64,000 nt of DNA from Bryobacteraceae bacterium. GTDB taxonomy: Bacteria; Acidobacteriota; Terriglobia; Bryobacterales; Bryobacteraceae. The notes below the pieces were generated by a model. That model searched no databases and was not told where the DNA came from. It saw nothing but the letters and a program-made list of their open reading frames with translations. Shown one piece after another: positions 28,209 through 39,987 of the stretch (positions within the stretch are counted from its first letter, which is position 1; every line of letters starts with the position of its first letter). The stretch covers positions 1,593-65,592 of the forward strand of contig JANWXD010000020.1 in NCBI GenBank assembly GCA_025055455.1, written 5' to 3'. The position numbers and the translations under genes were made by a program.

Positions 28209-28230
28209 CGCGGCGCCTCGGAAGCCGCCC

Positions 28231-29922
28231 ATGACCGCAGCAGGCCGCGTGACAGCCCTTATAGCGTCGTTGTGCGCGGGCGCTTGGGCGGCTGAAATCC
28301 CCACTCGCGCTCAGCTCCTGGAGGCGATGCTCAAGGCCGCCCGCTTTTACCGCCACCAGGTGGCCACCCAGGGCGGCTATCACGCTTATTACACGGCCGA
28401 TCTCTCCTACGGACGTTCCGAGGTCTCCGAGGGGCCGACGCAGGTGGAGGTGCAGCGAGGAGCGACGCCGGCTGTGGCCCTCGCGTTTCTGGAGGCGTAC
28501 GAAGCCACCGGCGAGCGAGAATTTCTCGAGTTCGCCCGCGCCGCGGCGCACGCCCTGGTCCGCGGACAATTGTGCAGCGGCGGCTGGGATTACTTCATCG
28601 AGTTGGACCCGGAAAAACGGAAGAGTTATCAATACCGCGCCGATAACAACTGCGGGGCCGATAAACGCGGCCTGACGACCCTCGACGACAACGTGACCCA
28701 AGGAGCCCTACGGGTCCTCATGCGGGTCGACCGGGCCCTGAACTTCTCCGATCCGCCGATCCACGAAGCGGCGCGGTATGCCCTCGGCAAGCTGCTCGAA
28801 GCGCAATATCCCAACGGCGCATGGCCACAGCGTTTTCACCGGCCGCCGGACCCGAACAAGTATCCGGTCAAGCCGGCAAGCTATCCTCCCTCCTGGTCCC
28901 GCACGTGGCCCGGCGGCGACTACCAGGCCCATTACACGTTCAACGACAACGCGATCTGTGACGTAATCGACGCTCTGCTCGAAGCCGCTCGCATTTATCA
29001 CGAGCCGCGCTACCGGGCGGCAGCGGAAAAGGGGGGCGACTTCATCTTGCTGGCGCAGATGCCCGAGCCCCAGCCGGCCTGGGCGCAGCAATACGACGCC
29101 GACATGCACCCGGCGTGGGCGCGCCCTTTCGAGCCGCCCGCGATTGCGGGCGGCGAGTCCCAAGCGGTTCTCCGCACCCTGCTTGTGCTCTACCGCGAAA
29201 CGGGCAACCGCAAATATCTGGCGCCGGTCCCCCGGGCGCTCGCCTACCTGAAGCGCTCCATCGTTCCCCGCGGCGACGCCGAGGTGTTCCGCCGCATGCC
29301 CGAGGGGCCAGTGCTCGCCCGGTTCTACGAGCTCAAGACCAACCGCCCGTTGTACGTCACCAAAGGCACACGCATCCAAGCCGACGGTTTGGGCAGCCGC
29401 ATCCTGGACGGCTACGAGCTGAGCTACTCCCCCGAGTCCGTGATCGCTCACTACGGGATGCTGGTCAGCGGCCGGGAATTGAGCGCCATCGAGGAGGACT
29501 ACCAGTGGCTGTCGCAGGCGGATCCGGCCATGGTGCGTCGGCCGGATAAGCTGCAAGGTCTGTCGCCTTGGATGGAGCGCATCAAACCTGGGCCCGCGGC
29601 GCCCGTCAGTCCCAAGGAGGTCCAGCGCGTGATCGCCTCCCTGGATGAGCGCGGCGCCTGGGTGCGGCCGGGCGCGATCGGAAAGCCCGGCCGAGTCGTC
29701 TCCGTCTACGTGGCCCGGCCGATGCTGCTCCGCATTGCGCGCCGCCAGTGGACGGATCCCGCAGCAGAGGTCGCAACCACCGACCGAGTCATCCAGCTCC
29801 GCCCGGACGACACGGTGGACGTGTTTCTCGGGTCGGAACCCCTGGTGGAGCAGATCATCAGCTCCGCGGACTTCGCCCGCAACCTGACGTTGCTGGCGCG
29901 CTGGTATGCGCAGGCTCGTTGA
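28231..29922 (+). CDS. secreted alpha/alpha-toroid protein resembling PL10 pectate lyase family, with extra C-terminal region
   Basis: ORF trimmed to the ATG at 28231, 23 bp after the TBDR stop. Signal peptide (LIASLCAGAWAAE). TTLDDNVTQGALRVLMRV, LLEAQYPNGAWPQRFH and HYTFNDNAICDVIDALLEA resemble Pec_lyase (PL10) motifs as I recall them. Confidence 0.5.
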   Translation: MTAAGRVTALIASLCAGAWAAEIPTRAQLLEAMLKAARFYRHQVATQGGYHAYYTADLSYGRSEVSEGPTQVEVQRGATPAVALAFLEAYEATGEREFLEFARAAAHALVRGQLCSGGWDYFIELDPEKRKSYQYRADNNCGADKRGLTTLDDNVTQGALRVLMRVDRALNFSDPPIHEAARYALGKLLEAQYPNGAWPQRFHRPPDPNKYPVKPASYPPSWSRTWPGGDYQAHYTFNDNAICDVIDALLEAARIYHEPRYRAAAEKGGDFILLAQMPEPQPAWAQQYDADMHPAWARPFEPPAIAGGESQAVLRTLLVLYRETGNRKYLAPVPRALAYLKRSIVPRGDAEVFRRMPEGPVLARFYELKTNRPLYVTKGTRIQADGLGSRILDGYELSYSPESVIAHYGMLVSGRELSAIEEDYQWLSQADPAMVRRPDKLQGLSPWMERIKPGPAAPVSPKEVQRVIASLDERGAWVRPGAIGKPGRVVSVYVARPMLLRIARRQWTDPAAEVATTDRVIQLRPDDTVDVFLGSEPLVEQIISSADFARNLTLLARWYAQAR

Positions 29923-29940
29923 CGGGGCCAGTTCCCCGCA

Positions 29941-30669
29941 TCAGCGGTAGCGGCCCCGCAGATCGTTCCAGCGGATCCGCAACAAATCCAAGAACATGCT
30001 CAAACCGTCTCGCCACACTCTGACCTTGGTCCCCTCGGAGTGACGCCAACGCACCGGCACCTCGACAGCGCGAAACCCGAGCCGCTTGGCCACGTAGAGG
30101 ACCTCGACGTCGAAGCCGAACCGATCCAGGCGCTGGCGGCGAAAAATCTCACGGGCCGCCTGGCGCTGGAACAGCTTGAAGCCGCACTGGGTGTCGGCGT
30201 AGGGCAGCCCGGCCAGCAGACGCACGAAGAGGTTGAATAGACGGCCGGCCGTTTCCCGGAACCAGGATTGGTGCACTTCGATGAGCGAGCGGTCCAGGCC
30301 TCGCGAGCCGAAGGCGAGTTGCGCGTGGCGTTCCCGGACCGCCTGGAACAACTTGCAAGCTTCCTCGATGGGCGCCGACAGATCCGCGTCCGTGAAGAGG
30401 ATCCAGTCCCCCCGAGCATCGAGCATCCCGTGGCGGACCGCGTAGCCTTTGCCGCGGTTCCCGGGATTCCGCAGGAGACGAACCTCCGGGTGGGTCGCCG
30501 CGTAGCGTTCCGTGGCCCGCGCGGTGCCGTCCGTGGAGCCGTCGTCCACCACGACGATCTCCGCAAACCGCCAGCAACCCTGACGGACGTACTGCGTGAC
30601 CGCGTCCAGCGAGGCGGGCAAACGCGTTTCTTCGTTGTAGGCGGGAATGACGATAGAGAGGGAATCCAA
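29941..30669 (-). CDS. glycosyltransferase family 2, polyprenol-phosphate glycosyltransferase-like (DPM1/ALG5-type)
   Basis: LSIVIPAYNEE, VVVDDGSTDGT, NRGKGYAV and FTDADLS (DxD). TTG start. Confidence 0.8.
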   Translation of the reverse strand: MDSLSIVIPAYNEETRLPASLDAVTQYVRQGCWRFAEIVVVDDGSTDGTARATERYAATHPEVRLLRNPGNRGKGYAVRHGMLDARGDWILFTDADLSAPIEEACKLFQAVRERHAQLAFGSRGLDRSLIEVHQSWFRETAGRLFNLFVRLLAGLPYADTQCGFKLFQRQAAREIFRRQRLDRFGFDVEVLYVAKRLGFRAVEVPVRWRHSEGTKVRVWRDGLSMFLDLLRIRWNDLRGRYR

Positions 30670-30677
30670 GGGTCAAT

Positions 30678-30683
30678 TATAAT
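30678..30683 (+). promoter_or_regulatory. candidate -10 element (TATAAT) upstream of lysS
   Basis: Perfect TATAAT 27 nt upstream of the lysS TTG start and about 14 nt upstream of the AAGGAG RBS. No good -35 element. Confidence 0.2.
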
Positions 30684-30709
30684 GAGGGTTCCCGCAAAGG
30701 AGAACCTGC

Positions 30710-32215
30710 TTGCCGCTCGGACACGAGCTGTTAGCGCAGCGGATCCAGCGGCTGCGCGAGATTCAGGCTCTGGGTTTTCAGCCCTACGGCCGCCGGTACG
30801 ACTTCACTCACACCATTCCGGAAATCGTCTCACGCTACGGCGACAAGGACGCCGAGGAGTTGAACCCTCGCGTGACCGTGCGCGTGTGCGGCCGCATCCA
30901 CACCATCCGCCACATGGGCAAGGCGGGCTTCGCCCATCTGCACCAAGGCGGCGAGCGGTTGCAGATCTACGTGCGCCAGGATTCGGTGCCGGAGACGCAC
31001 TTCCGGCTCTGGCGCGGGCTGGATGCCGGCGACATCATCGGCGCCGAGGGATATCTGTTTCGGACGCGCACGGGCGAGCTCACGGTCCACGTCGAGCGTT
31101 TGGAGCATCTGGCCAAGACGCTGCTGAACATGCCCGAGAAGTGGCACGGCCTGGAAGACGTGGAGACCCGCTACCGCCAGCGGTACCTGGATCTGATCGC
31201 CAATCTCCAGGTGCGCCAGGTCTTCCTCACCCGCAGCCGCGTCATCGCTTCCTTCCGCCGCCAGCTCGAGGCGCGGGGTTTCCTCGAAGTGGAAACCCCC
31301 ATGATGCAGCCGCTGTACGGCGGCGCCACCGCCCGCCCGTTCGTGACCCACCACAACGCCCTCGACATGGACCTGTACCTACGCATCGCCCCCGAACTGT
31401 ATCTGAAGCGGCTGGTGGTGGGAGGCCTGGACCGGGTCTACGAGATCAACCGCAACTTTCGCAACGAGGGCATCTCGGCGCAGCACAATCCCGAGTTCAC
31501 TATGCTCGAGTTCTACCAGGCCTACACCGACTACCGCGGCCTGATGGATTTCTCCGAAGAGCTCTTGCGGCAGGTGGCCGTGGACGCCACCGGTTCGACC
31601 GAAGTCGAATATCAGGGACAGAAGCTGGATTTCGGTCGGCTGCGGCGCCTGAGCCTGCGGGAGGCCGTCCTGGAATACTGGGAGGACGGCGAGCGCCCGA
31701 CGCCGGAACAGCTGACCGATCCGGAGTGGCTTAAGTGGCGGTCGACCCGCGCCACGCCGGGCGAAGCGCTCCAGGATCTGTTCGAGCGCGTGGCCGAGAA
31801 ACACCTCATCCAACCCACGATCGTTTACGATTATCCGGTCGAGACGTCGCCCCTCGCCAAGAACAAGCCGGACGAGCCCCAGTTTGTGGAGCGCTTCGAG
31901 ATCTACGCGGCCGGCATGGAGATCGCCAACGCCTACACCGAGCTCAACGATCCCCTGGAACAGCTTCGGCGCTTTCAGGCGCAGCTCCGCTTGCGCGAAA
32001 AAGGCGACGAAGAAGCGCACCAGATGGACGAGGATTTCCTGCGGGCGCTCTGCTACGGGATGCCGCCCACGGCCGGCGAGGGCATCGGCATCGATCGTCT
32101 CGTGATGGTCCTCACCAATTGCCGCTCCATCCGCGACGTCATCCTGTTCCCACTGTTACGCCCGGAGGGCCCCATCGGTCTGGCCGAGCGCCTGCGCGCC
32201 CTCGATGGCTGCTAG
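30710..32215 (+). CDS. lysS: lysine--tRNA ligase (class II)
   Basis: OB-fold N-terminus, class II motifs ([44 protein letters not shown]). TTG start with AAGGAG RBS. Confidence 0.92.
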   Translation: MPLGHELLAQRIQRLREIQALGFQPYGRRYDFTHTIPEIVSRYGDKDAEELNPRVTVRVCGRIHTIRHMGKAGFAHLHQGGERLQIYVRQDSVPETHFRLWRGLDAGDIIGAEGYLFRTRTGELTVHVERLEHLAKTLLNMPEKWHGLEDVETRYRQRYLDLIANLQVRQVFLTRSRVIASFRRQLEARGFLEVETPMMQPLYGGATARPFVTHHNALDMDLYLRIAPELYLKRLVVGGLDRVYEINRNFRNEGISAQHNPEFTMLEFYQAYTDYRGLMDFSEELLRQVAVDATGSTEVEYQGQKLDFGRLRRLSLREAVLEYWEDGERPTPEQLTDPEWLKWRSTRATPGEALQDLFERVAEKHLIQPTIVYDYPVETSPLAKNKPDEPQFVERFEIYAAGMEIANAYTELNDPLEQLRRFQAQLRLREKGDEEAHQMDEDFLRALCYGMPPTAGEGIGIDRLVMVLTNCRSIRDVILFPLLRPEGPIGLAERLRALDGC

Positions 32216-33452
32216 ACCGCGTCCGGCGCGCTTCGAGCTGTTGGTGGCGGCGCGCTATCTCAAGGCCAAGCGAAAACAGACCGTCATTTCCGTCATCACG
32301 CTCCTCTCCGTGCTCGGCGTGGCAGCCGGCGTCATGGCCTTGGTTATTGCTCTGGCGATCAACAACGGGTTCCGGAGCACCCTCGAACGCAACCTGCTCG
32401 GCGCCACGGCGCACGTCACCGTGCTCGAGAAGGAGCCCGGATACGGCCTCGCCAACTGGCGCGAGCTTGTTGCGCAGCTGCGCCGCCTGCCCCATGTGGT
32501 GAGCGCGGCGCCCAGCCTCTATGGGTCGGTCTTTCTCTCCAGCCCCTTGCAATCGGACGGGTGCGTCCTCAAGGGGATCCAAGCCGGATCGCACCAGGCC
32601 TCGGACTTGGCGCGGTATCTCAAGGAGGGCGCCCTCGACCGGCTGGAGCAAGACGGCCGCTTGCCGGGAATCATTCTGGGTTCGCGCCTGGCGGCCCGCA
32701 CCGGGCTTCCGTTGAACAGCGTCGCCACCGTCATCAGCCCGCAAGGGGAACTGACGCCCTTCGGCCCCAAACCGAGTTATTTCCGTTTCCGCGTGGTCGG
32801 CATCTTCGAGACGGGATTCTACGATCTGGACTCGGCCTGGGCGTTCACTTCAGTGCGGAATGCACAGAAGGTGCTCTCGCTGGGCGACGTCGTCAACGCC
32901 ATCGAGCTCAAGATCGACGACCTCGACCGCGCGCCGGAGGTGGCTCGCCAGGCCGAGCGCCTGATCGGCCCGCGTCTGGCCGCCACGCACTGGATCGAAC
33001 AGAACCGCCAGATCTTCAATGCCCTCCGCATGGAGAGAACGGTCGCCATCATCACGATTGGCCTCATCGAGCTGGTGGCGGCCATGAACATTCTGGTGGC
33101 GCTAGTGATGATGGTCATGGAGAAATATCGGGACATCGCGGTGCTCATGTCCATGGGGGCACGCCGGGAACAGATTCGCCGAATCTTCGTCTATCAAGGA
33201 CTCATCATCGGAACTGTGGGAGTCGCCCTCGGACTGGCGGCCGGCTACACGCTCAGTTACCTGGCGGACCGCTACCGCTGGGTGCGTCTGGACGAAGAAG
33301 TCTACTCGCTGAGCTTCGTGCCCTTCGAACCGCGCTGGGGGGATGGTGTCTGGATTGCGGCCGCCGCCCTCCTGGTCAGCTTTCTGGCGACGATTTATCC
33401 TGCCAGTCACGCCGCCAAGATCGCTCCAGCCGAGGCTTTACGCTATGAGTAA
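32205..33452 (+). CDS. lipoprotein-releasing system permease (LolC/LolE family, FtsX-type)
   Basis: [42 protein letters not shown], a periplasmic domain, and a C-terminal FtsX 3-TM module. Overlaps the lysS stop by 11 nt. Confidence 0.85.
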   Translation: MAARPRPARFELLVAARYLKAKRKQTVISVITLLSVLGVAAGVMALVIALAINNGFRSTLERNLLGATAHVTVLEKEPGYGLANWRELVAQLRRLPHVVSAAPSLYGSVFLSSPLQSDGCVLKGIQAGSHQASDLARYLKEGALDRLEQDGRLPGIILGSRLAARTGLPLNSVATVISPQGELTPFGPKPSYFRFRVVGIFETGFYDLDSAWAFTSVRNAQKVLSLGDVVNAIELKIDDLDRAPEVARQAERLIGPRLAATHWIEQNRQIFNALRMERTVAIITIGLIELVAAMNILVALVMMVMEKYRDIAVLMSMGARREQIRRIFVYQGLIIGTVGVALGLAAGYTLSYLADRYRWVRLDEEVYSLSFVPFEPRWGDGVWIAAAALLVSFLATIYPASHAAKIAPAEALRYE

Positions 33453-33461
33453 CCGTGAGGT

Positions 33462-33494
33462 CCGTCCAGATCCGCGCACAGAGCGGTTGGACGG
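33462..33494. terminator. candidate bidirectional hairpin between convergent genes
   Basis: CCGTCCA (33462-33468) pairs with TGGACGG (33488-33494), with inner CCGC/GCGG pairing. Confidence 0.3.
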
Positions 33495-33537
33495 CTACCG
33501 TCGACCCCTGCGGCCAGCTCCCTTTTCGACATGACGG

Positions 33538-34170
33538 TCACAGTCCCCGTAAGAACCAGTTGTACTCCTTCTCGCGGCCGATGGTCGTTTCCGGACCGTG
33601 GCCTGGGATCACGAGGGTTTCCTCGGGAAGCGTCAGCAGCTTGTCCCGGATCGACGCCAGGATGAGCCGGCTATTGCCACCGGGCAAATCCGTGCGCCCG
33701 ATGCTGTCGCGGAAGAGCGTGTCGCCGGCCATGAGCTTGCCTTCCGCCGGCAGCCAGAGGCTCACGCTCCCGGGCGTGTGCCCCGGGGTATGCAGCACCG
33801 TGAACTCGGCGGCGCCTACGCGGAGGGTGTCGCCGTCACGCGGAGAAACGTCCACGCCCGTGCGCGCTGGCATCGGGATGCCGAGCCAGGCCGCCTGCCA
33901 GTCCAGTTGCTCGTACAGCTCCAAGTCGCGATCGTTCAGGTACACAGGCGCGCCCGTGGCCTCCTTGAGTTTGGCAGCGCCGCCGACGTGGTCGATGTGC
34001 GCGTGGGTGATGAAGATAGCTGTGACCCGCAAGCCGTACCGGGCGACAATCTGCAAGATCTGCTCGACATCATCGCCCGGGTCGATGACCAGCGCCTCGC
34101 CGCTCGCCTCGTCGCCGAAAATCGAGCAGTTGCAGGCGAGTACGCCGACGGGCAGAATCTCGTGGATCAC
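33538..34170 (-). CDS. MBL-fold metallo-hydrolase (glyoxalase II/YcbL-like)
   Basis: THAHIDHVGG, HTPGHTPGS and GDTLF...GRTD motifs. 210 aa. Confidence 0.85.
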   Translation of the reverse strand: MIHEILPVGVLACNCSIFGDEASGEALVIDPGDDVEQILQIVARYGLRVTAIFITHAHIDHVGGAAKLKEATGAPVYLNDRDLELYEQLDWQAAWLGIPMPARTGVDVSPRDGDTLRVGAAEFTVLHTPGHTPGSVSLWLPAEGKLMAGDTLFRDSIGRTDLPGGNSRLILASIRDKLLTLPEETLVIPGHGPETTIGREKEYNWFLRGL

Positions 34171-35120
34171 CCTCCGATTGTATACTTCGGTTGATGGAAG
34201 CGGGCTACCGCGCGCTACGGGAGGGCGCGGCGTGGCTGGATTTGTCCGGGCGGGGCAAGATCCTCATCCGCGGCGCGGACCGGGCGCGCCTGCTGCACGC
34301 CTTGTGCACCAACCATGTGCAACAGCTTGCGCCGGGCCAGGGCTGCTACGCCTTCTTTTTGAACGCTCAGGGACATATCCTCGCTGACGCCATCGTTTTG
34401 TGCTTCGAAGACCATTTCCTCCTGGACACCGAGCCGGAAACCGCATCGAAACTCCAGGCCCACATCGACCGGTACATCATCGCCGACGACGTGACGCTGG
34501 AAGACGCGACGTCGGCTCTGGCGACGCTCGCGCTCGAAGGACCGCGCGCCGGCGCCATTTTGGCCTCGCTCGGGGCGCCAGCGCCTGCTGAAGCGTTCGG
34601 CCACGCCCGTTGGAATACGGCGCTCGTGGTACGGGCCAGCGCGACGGGCGGCGAGGGTTTTCGGCTGATCGCTCCTGCCACAGAAAAGCCTGCGCTCGTG
34701 GCGGCATTGGAAGGGGCCGGAGCGCTCTTCGCGGGTCCCGCGGAGGCGTTCATAGTGCGGCTGGAACATGGCAAACCGCGCTACGGTGACGACATCACCG
34801 AACAGCACCTGCCGCAGGAAACGCAGCAGTGGCACGCTGTTCACTTCAACAAGGGCTGTTATCTCGGCCAGGAGATTGTCGAACGCATCCGGTCCCGGGG
34901 CCACGTCAACCGGGTGTTGGTGCAGCTCGAAATCGACGGCGCCGACGTACCCGATCGCGGCACCTCGGTCTCGGCGGGCGGAGCGCTGGTCGGGCAAATC
35001 ACCTCGGCGGCGTTCTCCCCCGCCCTTGGCAAGGCGGTGGCGCTCGCCTATGTCCGCACCGCTCATGCCGCGGCGGGGAGTCTACTGGACTGCGAGGGCC
35101 GGACGGCTCGCGTGGCGGCG

Positions 35121-37283
<2,163 letters not shown>

Positions 37284-37438
37284 TCCCTATCGAGATTATC
37301 ATATTTCCGGGGGGCGAGCAAGCAAAAACCGATCCGAGGCAGCCCCGCCGCGCGGGTTGAGTTGCCCTTCCGGGACGGGGTACAGTGGCGGGTGGAGTGG
37401 CAAAGCCACCGCCGATTCACGCAGGTGGCAATCCCCCC

Positions 37439-38116
37439 ATGCTTTCGAAAGCTGAAGTTTTGTCGCGAATCCCTCTGTTTGGGGACTTGTCGGGAGAAGA
37501 AATTGCGGAGTTGGCCGAGCGGACGCTCGAGCGGCGCTATGCCCCTGGCGATGTGCTGTTCCGCGAGGGCGACGCTTGCGCGGGCTTTTTCGTGTTGGCG
37601 CAAGGCCGCGTCAAGATCGTCAAGACTTCCCCGGCGGGCCGCGAGATCATGCTCGCCGTCGAATCGGCGCCCTCGAGCATAGCGGAAATCCCAATGTTCG
37701 ACGGCGGACCGTACCCGGCCACGGTCACGGCTCTGGACGACGTCGTGGCTTACCTAATTCGGAAAGAGGATTTCCGGAAAATCTGCCTGGCGCGGCCGGG
37801 GGTGGCGCTCAAAGTCTTGGCGGTCGTGGGGCGGCGACTGCGGCAGCTCGTGAGCATCGTCGAAAGCGTCAGTTTCGGCAGCGTGCGCCAGCGTCTGGCC
37901 CAGACGCTGCTAGAGGTGGTCCGCGCCGAGGGCAGGAATCCTGCGCCATTCCCGCTGACGCATCAGGAGCTGGCCTCGCGGCTCGGCACTGTTCGGGAAG
38001 TGGTGAGCCGCAACTTGAGTCGCTTTCAAGCGCAAGGACTAATCCGGATCGAAAAGCGGGAGCTCTGGGTTCGGGACGAAGCCGGCCTGATTCGGGAGGC
38101 AGAGACGGAACTCTAA
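37439..38116 (+). CDS. Crp/Fnr-family transcriptional regulator
   Basis: cNMP-binding domain (IPLFGDLSGEEIAELA...GDVLFREGD) and C-terminal HTH (THQELASRLGTVREVVSRNLSRF). ORF trimmed to the ATG at 37439. Confidence 0.85.
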   Translation: MLSKAEVLSRIPLFGDLSGEEIAELAERTLERRYAPGDVLFREGDACAGFFVLAQGRVKIVKTSPAGREIMLAVESAPSSIAEIPMFDGGPYPATVTALDDVVAYLIRKEDFRKICLARPGVALKVLAVVGRRLRQLVSIVESVSFGSVRQRLAQTLLEVVRAEGRNPAPFPLTHQELASRLGTVREVVSRNLSRFQAQGLIRIEKRELWVRDEAGLIREAETEL

Positions 38117-38255
38117 GGAGCCGTTTCCGGAGGGAAGAACTTTGGCCGGATGAGGAGCTGGGCTGCCGGAGGCGGGGCGCGGCGCGCGGGAGAACGGATG
38201 GTAGAAGCTCGCACAATCCCGCGCGCTCAGACGGCGCCGCTTGTGACGCGGCCCG

Positions 38256-38284
38256 TTGCAGCGCTGCGTCCGGGCCGGTACAAT
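38256..38284 (+). promoter_or_regulatory. candidate sigma70-type promoter giving a leaderless or near-leaderless GNAT mRNA
   Basis: TTGCAG (38256-38261), 17-nt spacer, TACAAT (38279-38284), then 6 nt to the ATG at 38291. No Shine-Dalgarno sequence upstream of the ATG. Confidence 0.3.
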
Positions 38285-38290
38285 CGCGCC

Positions 38291-38761
38291 ATGCCGTTGC
38301 GGTTTCGGGTGGCTGAACCAGCCGATTACGAGGAGGTCGAGAGGTTGCTGCTGGCGAGCTTCGAACCCGTCACCTGGTTTCGCCGCGTGGATGAACAATT
38401 CGGCCCGTTGAACGGAAGGGACTGGCGCGAGCGGTGGCGGCTGCGCGTGGCGCACATCTTCCGCACGCAAACGGTACTGCTCGGCGAGGACGAAACCCGG
38501 CTGGTGGCGGTAGCGACCGGGGACGTCGACCCGATCCTGCGCCTGGGTTACATCGAACTGCTGGCTGTTGCGCCGGAGGCTCAGGGGCGCGGCTACGGCA
38601 GAGAAATGTTGCGGGGCATGCTGCGCCACATGAAACAGCAGGGCGCGCTGTACGCCAGCCTGGACTGCCTCGCCGAAAACGACCGCGCCAACTCCCTGTA
38701 CCGCTCCGAAGGGTTCCGGGAGGTGGCTTGCCACATCCGGTGGTTGGTCCGAATCCCCTGA
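38291..38761 (+). CDS. GNAT-family N-acetyltransferase
   Basis: IELLAVAPEAQGRGYGREMLRGML (acetyl-CoA binding Q/RxxGxG/A motif). ORF trimmed to the ATG at 38291. Confidence 0.8.
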   Translation: MPLRFRVAEPADYEEVERLLLASFEPVTWFRRVDEQFGPLNGRDWRERWRLRVAHIFRTQTVLLGEDETRLVAVATGDVDPILRLGYIELLAVAPEAQGRGYGREMLRGMLRHMKQQGALYASLDCLAENDRANSLYRSEGFREVACHIRWLVRIP

Positions 38762-38813
38762 GTCAGCCCGAGCGAGGTTGCGGTCTGCTGCGAGCCTGCG
38801 ATGTGATGGAGCC

Positions 38814-39956
38814 ATGAAATACTCGAGGCGAGTTTGGTGGCTCTTGCTCGTGTTGCTCCAGGGCGGGCGGTTGTCGGCCGCAGAATACTTGGTTTACATC
38901 GGCACCTACACCCGGGGTGAAAGCAAAGGCATTTACGCCTGGCGGTTCGACGCCACCTCGGGCCGGCTCACGGAACTTGGCCTCGCCGCCGAGGCAACCA
39001 ACCCTTCGTTTCTGGCGGTTCATCCGAGTGCGCGGTATTTGTACGCCGTGAGCGAAATCGCGGAGTTCAGCGGCCAGAAAAGCGGCGCCGTGAATGCCTA
39101 CGCGATCGACCGCAAGACGGGGAGGCTGGCGCTGCTCAATCAGGTTTCCTCCGGGGGACTCGGACCGTGTTACGTCTCTGTGGACGCGACCGGACGCTGT
39201 GTGCTGGTAGCCAACTACGGGGGCGGCAGCGTGGCGGCGTTCCCGGTCGGAACCGACGGGCGTCTGCGCGACGCGTCGGCGCTCCGCCAGCATACGGGCG
39301 CGAGCGTCCATCCCCGGCGACAGCGGCAACCCCACCCCCATTCGATTCAGCCGTCGCCCGATAACCGGTTCGCCCTGGCCGCCGATTTGGGCGTGGACAA
39401 GCTTTTCGTCTACCGTTTCCATGCTCTCAAGGGATCGCTCGAGCCGCACGATCCTCCTGCCATGGATCTGGCACCGGGTAGCGGGCCACGGCACTTTGCC
39501 TTTCATCCCTCCGGCCGCTTCGTGTACGTCATCAACGAGTTGGCTTCCACCGTCACGGCCTTCCGCTGGGAGGCGACGAGCGGCCGGTTGCGGGAGCTGC
39601 ACACCGTCTCCACCCTGCCCGAGGGATTTGCCGGCGAAAACACCACCGCCGAGATCCGAGTCCACCCCAATGGAAAGTTCCTCTACGGCTCGAACCGCGG
39701 CCACGACAGCATCGCGGTGTTTGCCGTGGATCCGAAGACGGGCCTGCTTTCCGGCCGGGGACATGTGCCCACAGGCGGCAAGACGCCGCGCAACTTCAAT
39801 CTGGATCCGTCCGGGCGCTACCTGTGGGCCGCGAATCAGAATTCCAACAACGTCACGGTCTTCCGCGTCGATCCGGCGACGGGCGGTCTGACACCCACCG
39901 GGCAACGGCTCAACGTACCGTCGCCGGTCTGTGTGCGGTTCGTGCGTCTCCGGTGA
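38814..39956 (+). CDS. secreted lactonase-family 7-bladed beta-propeller protein (Pgl/YbhE-like)
   Basis: Signal peptide (WWLLLVLLQGGRLSAAE). YIGTYT...GIYAWRFD, repeated NPSFLAVHPSARYLYAV / GPRHFAFHPSGRFVYVINE / HPNGKFLYGSNRG / PSGRYLWAANQ blades. Confidence 0.75.
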   Translation: MKYSRRVWWLLLVLLQGGRLSAAEYLVYIGTYTRGESKGIYAWRFDATSGRLTELGLAAEATNPSFLAVHPSARYLYAVSEIAEFSGQKSGAVNAYAIDRKTGRLALLNQVSSGGLGPCYVSVDATGRCVLVANYGGGSVAAFPVGTDGRLRDASALRQHTGASVHPRRQRQPHPHSIQPSPDNRFALAADLGVDKLFVYRFHALKGSLEPHDPPAMDLAPGSGPRHFAFHPSGRFVYVINELASTVTAFRWEATSGRLRELHTVSTLPEGFAGENTTAEIRVHPNGKFLYGSNRGHDSIAVFAVDPKTGLLSGRGHVPTGGKTPRNFNLDPSGRYLWAANQNSNNVTVFRVDPATGGLTPTGQRLNVPSPVCVRFVRLR

Positions 39957-39987
39957 CTGTGGCAATCTAGGAGTTTGGGATACGACA

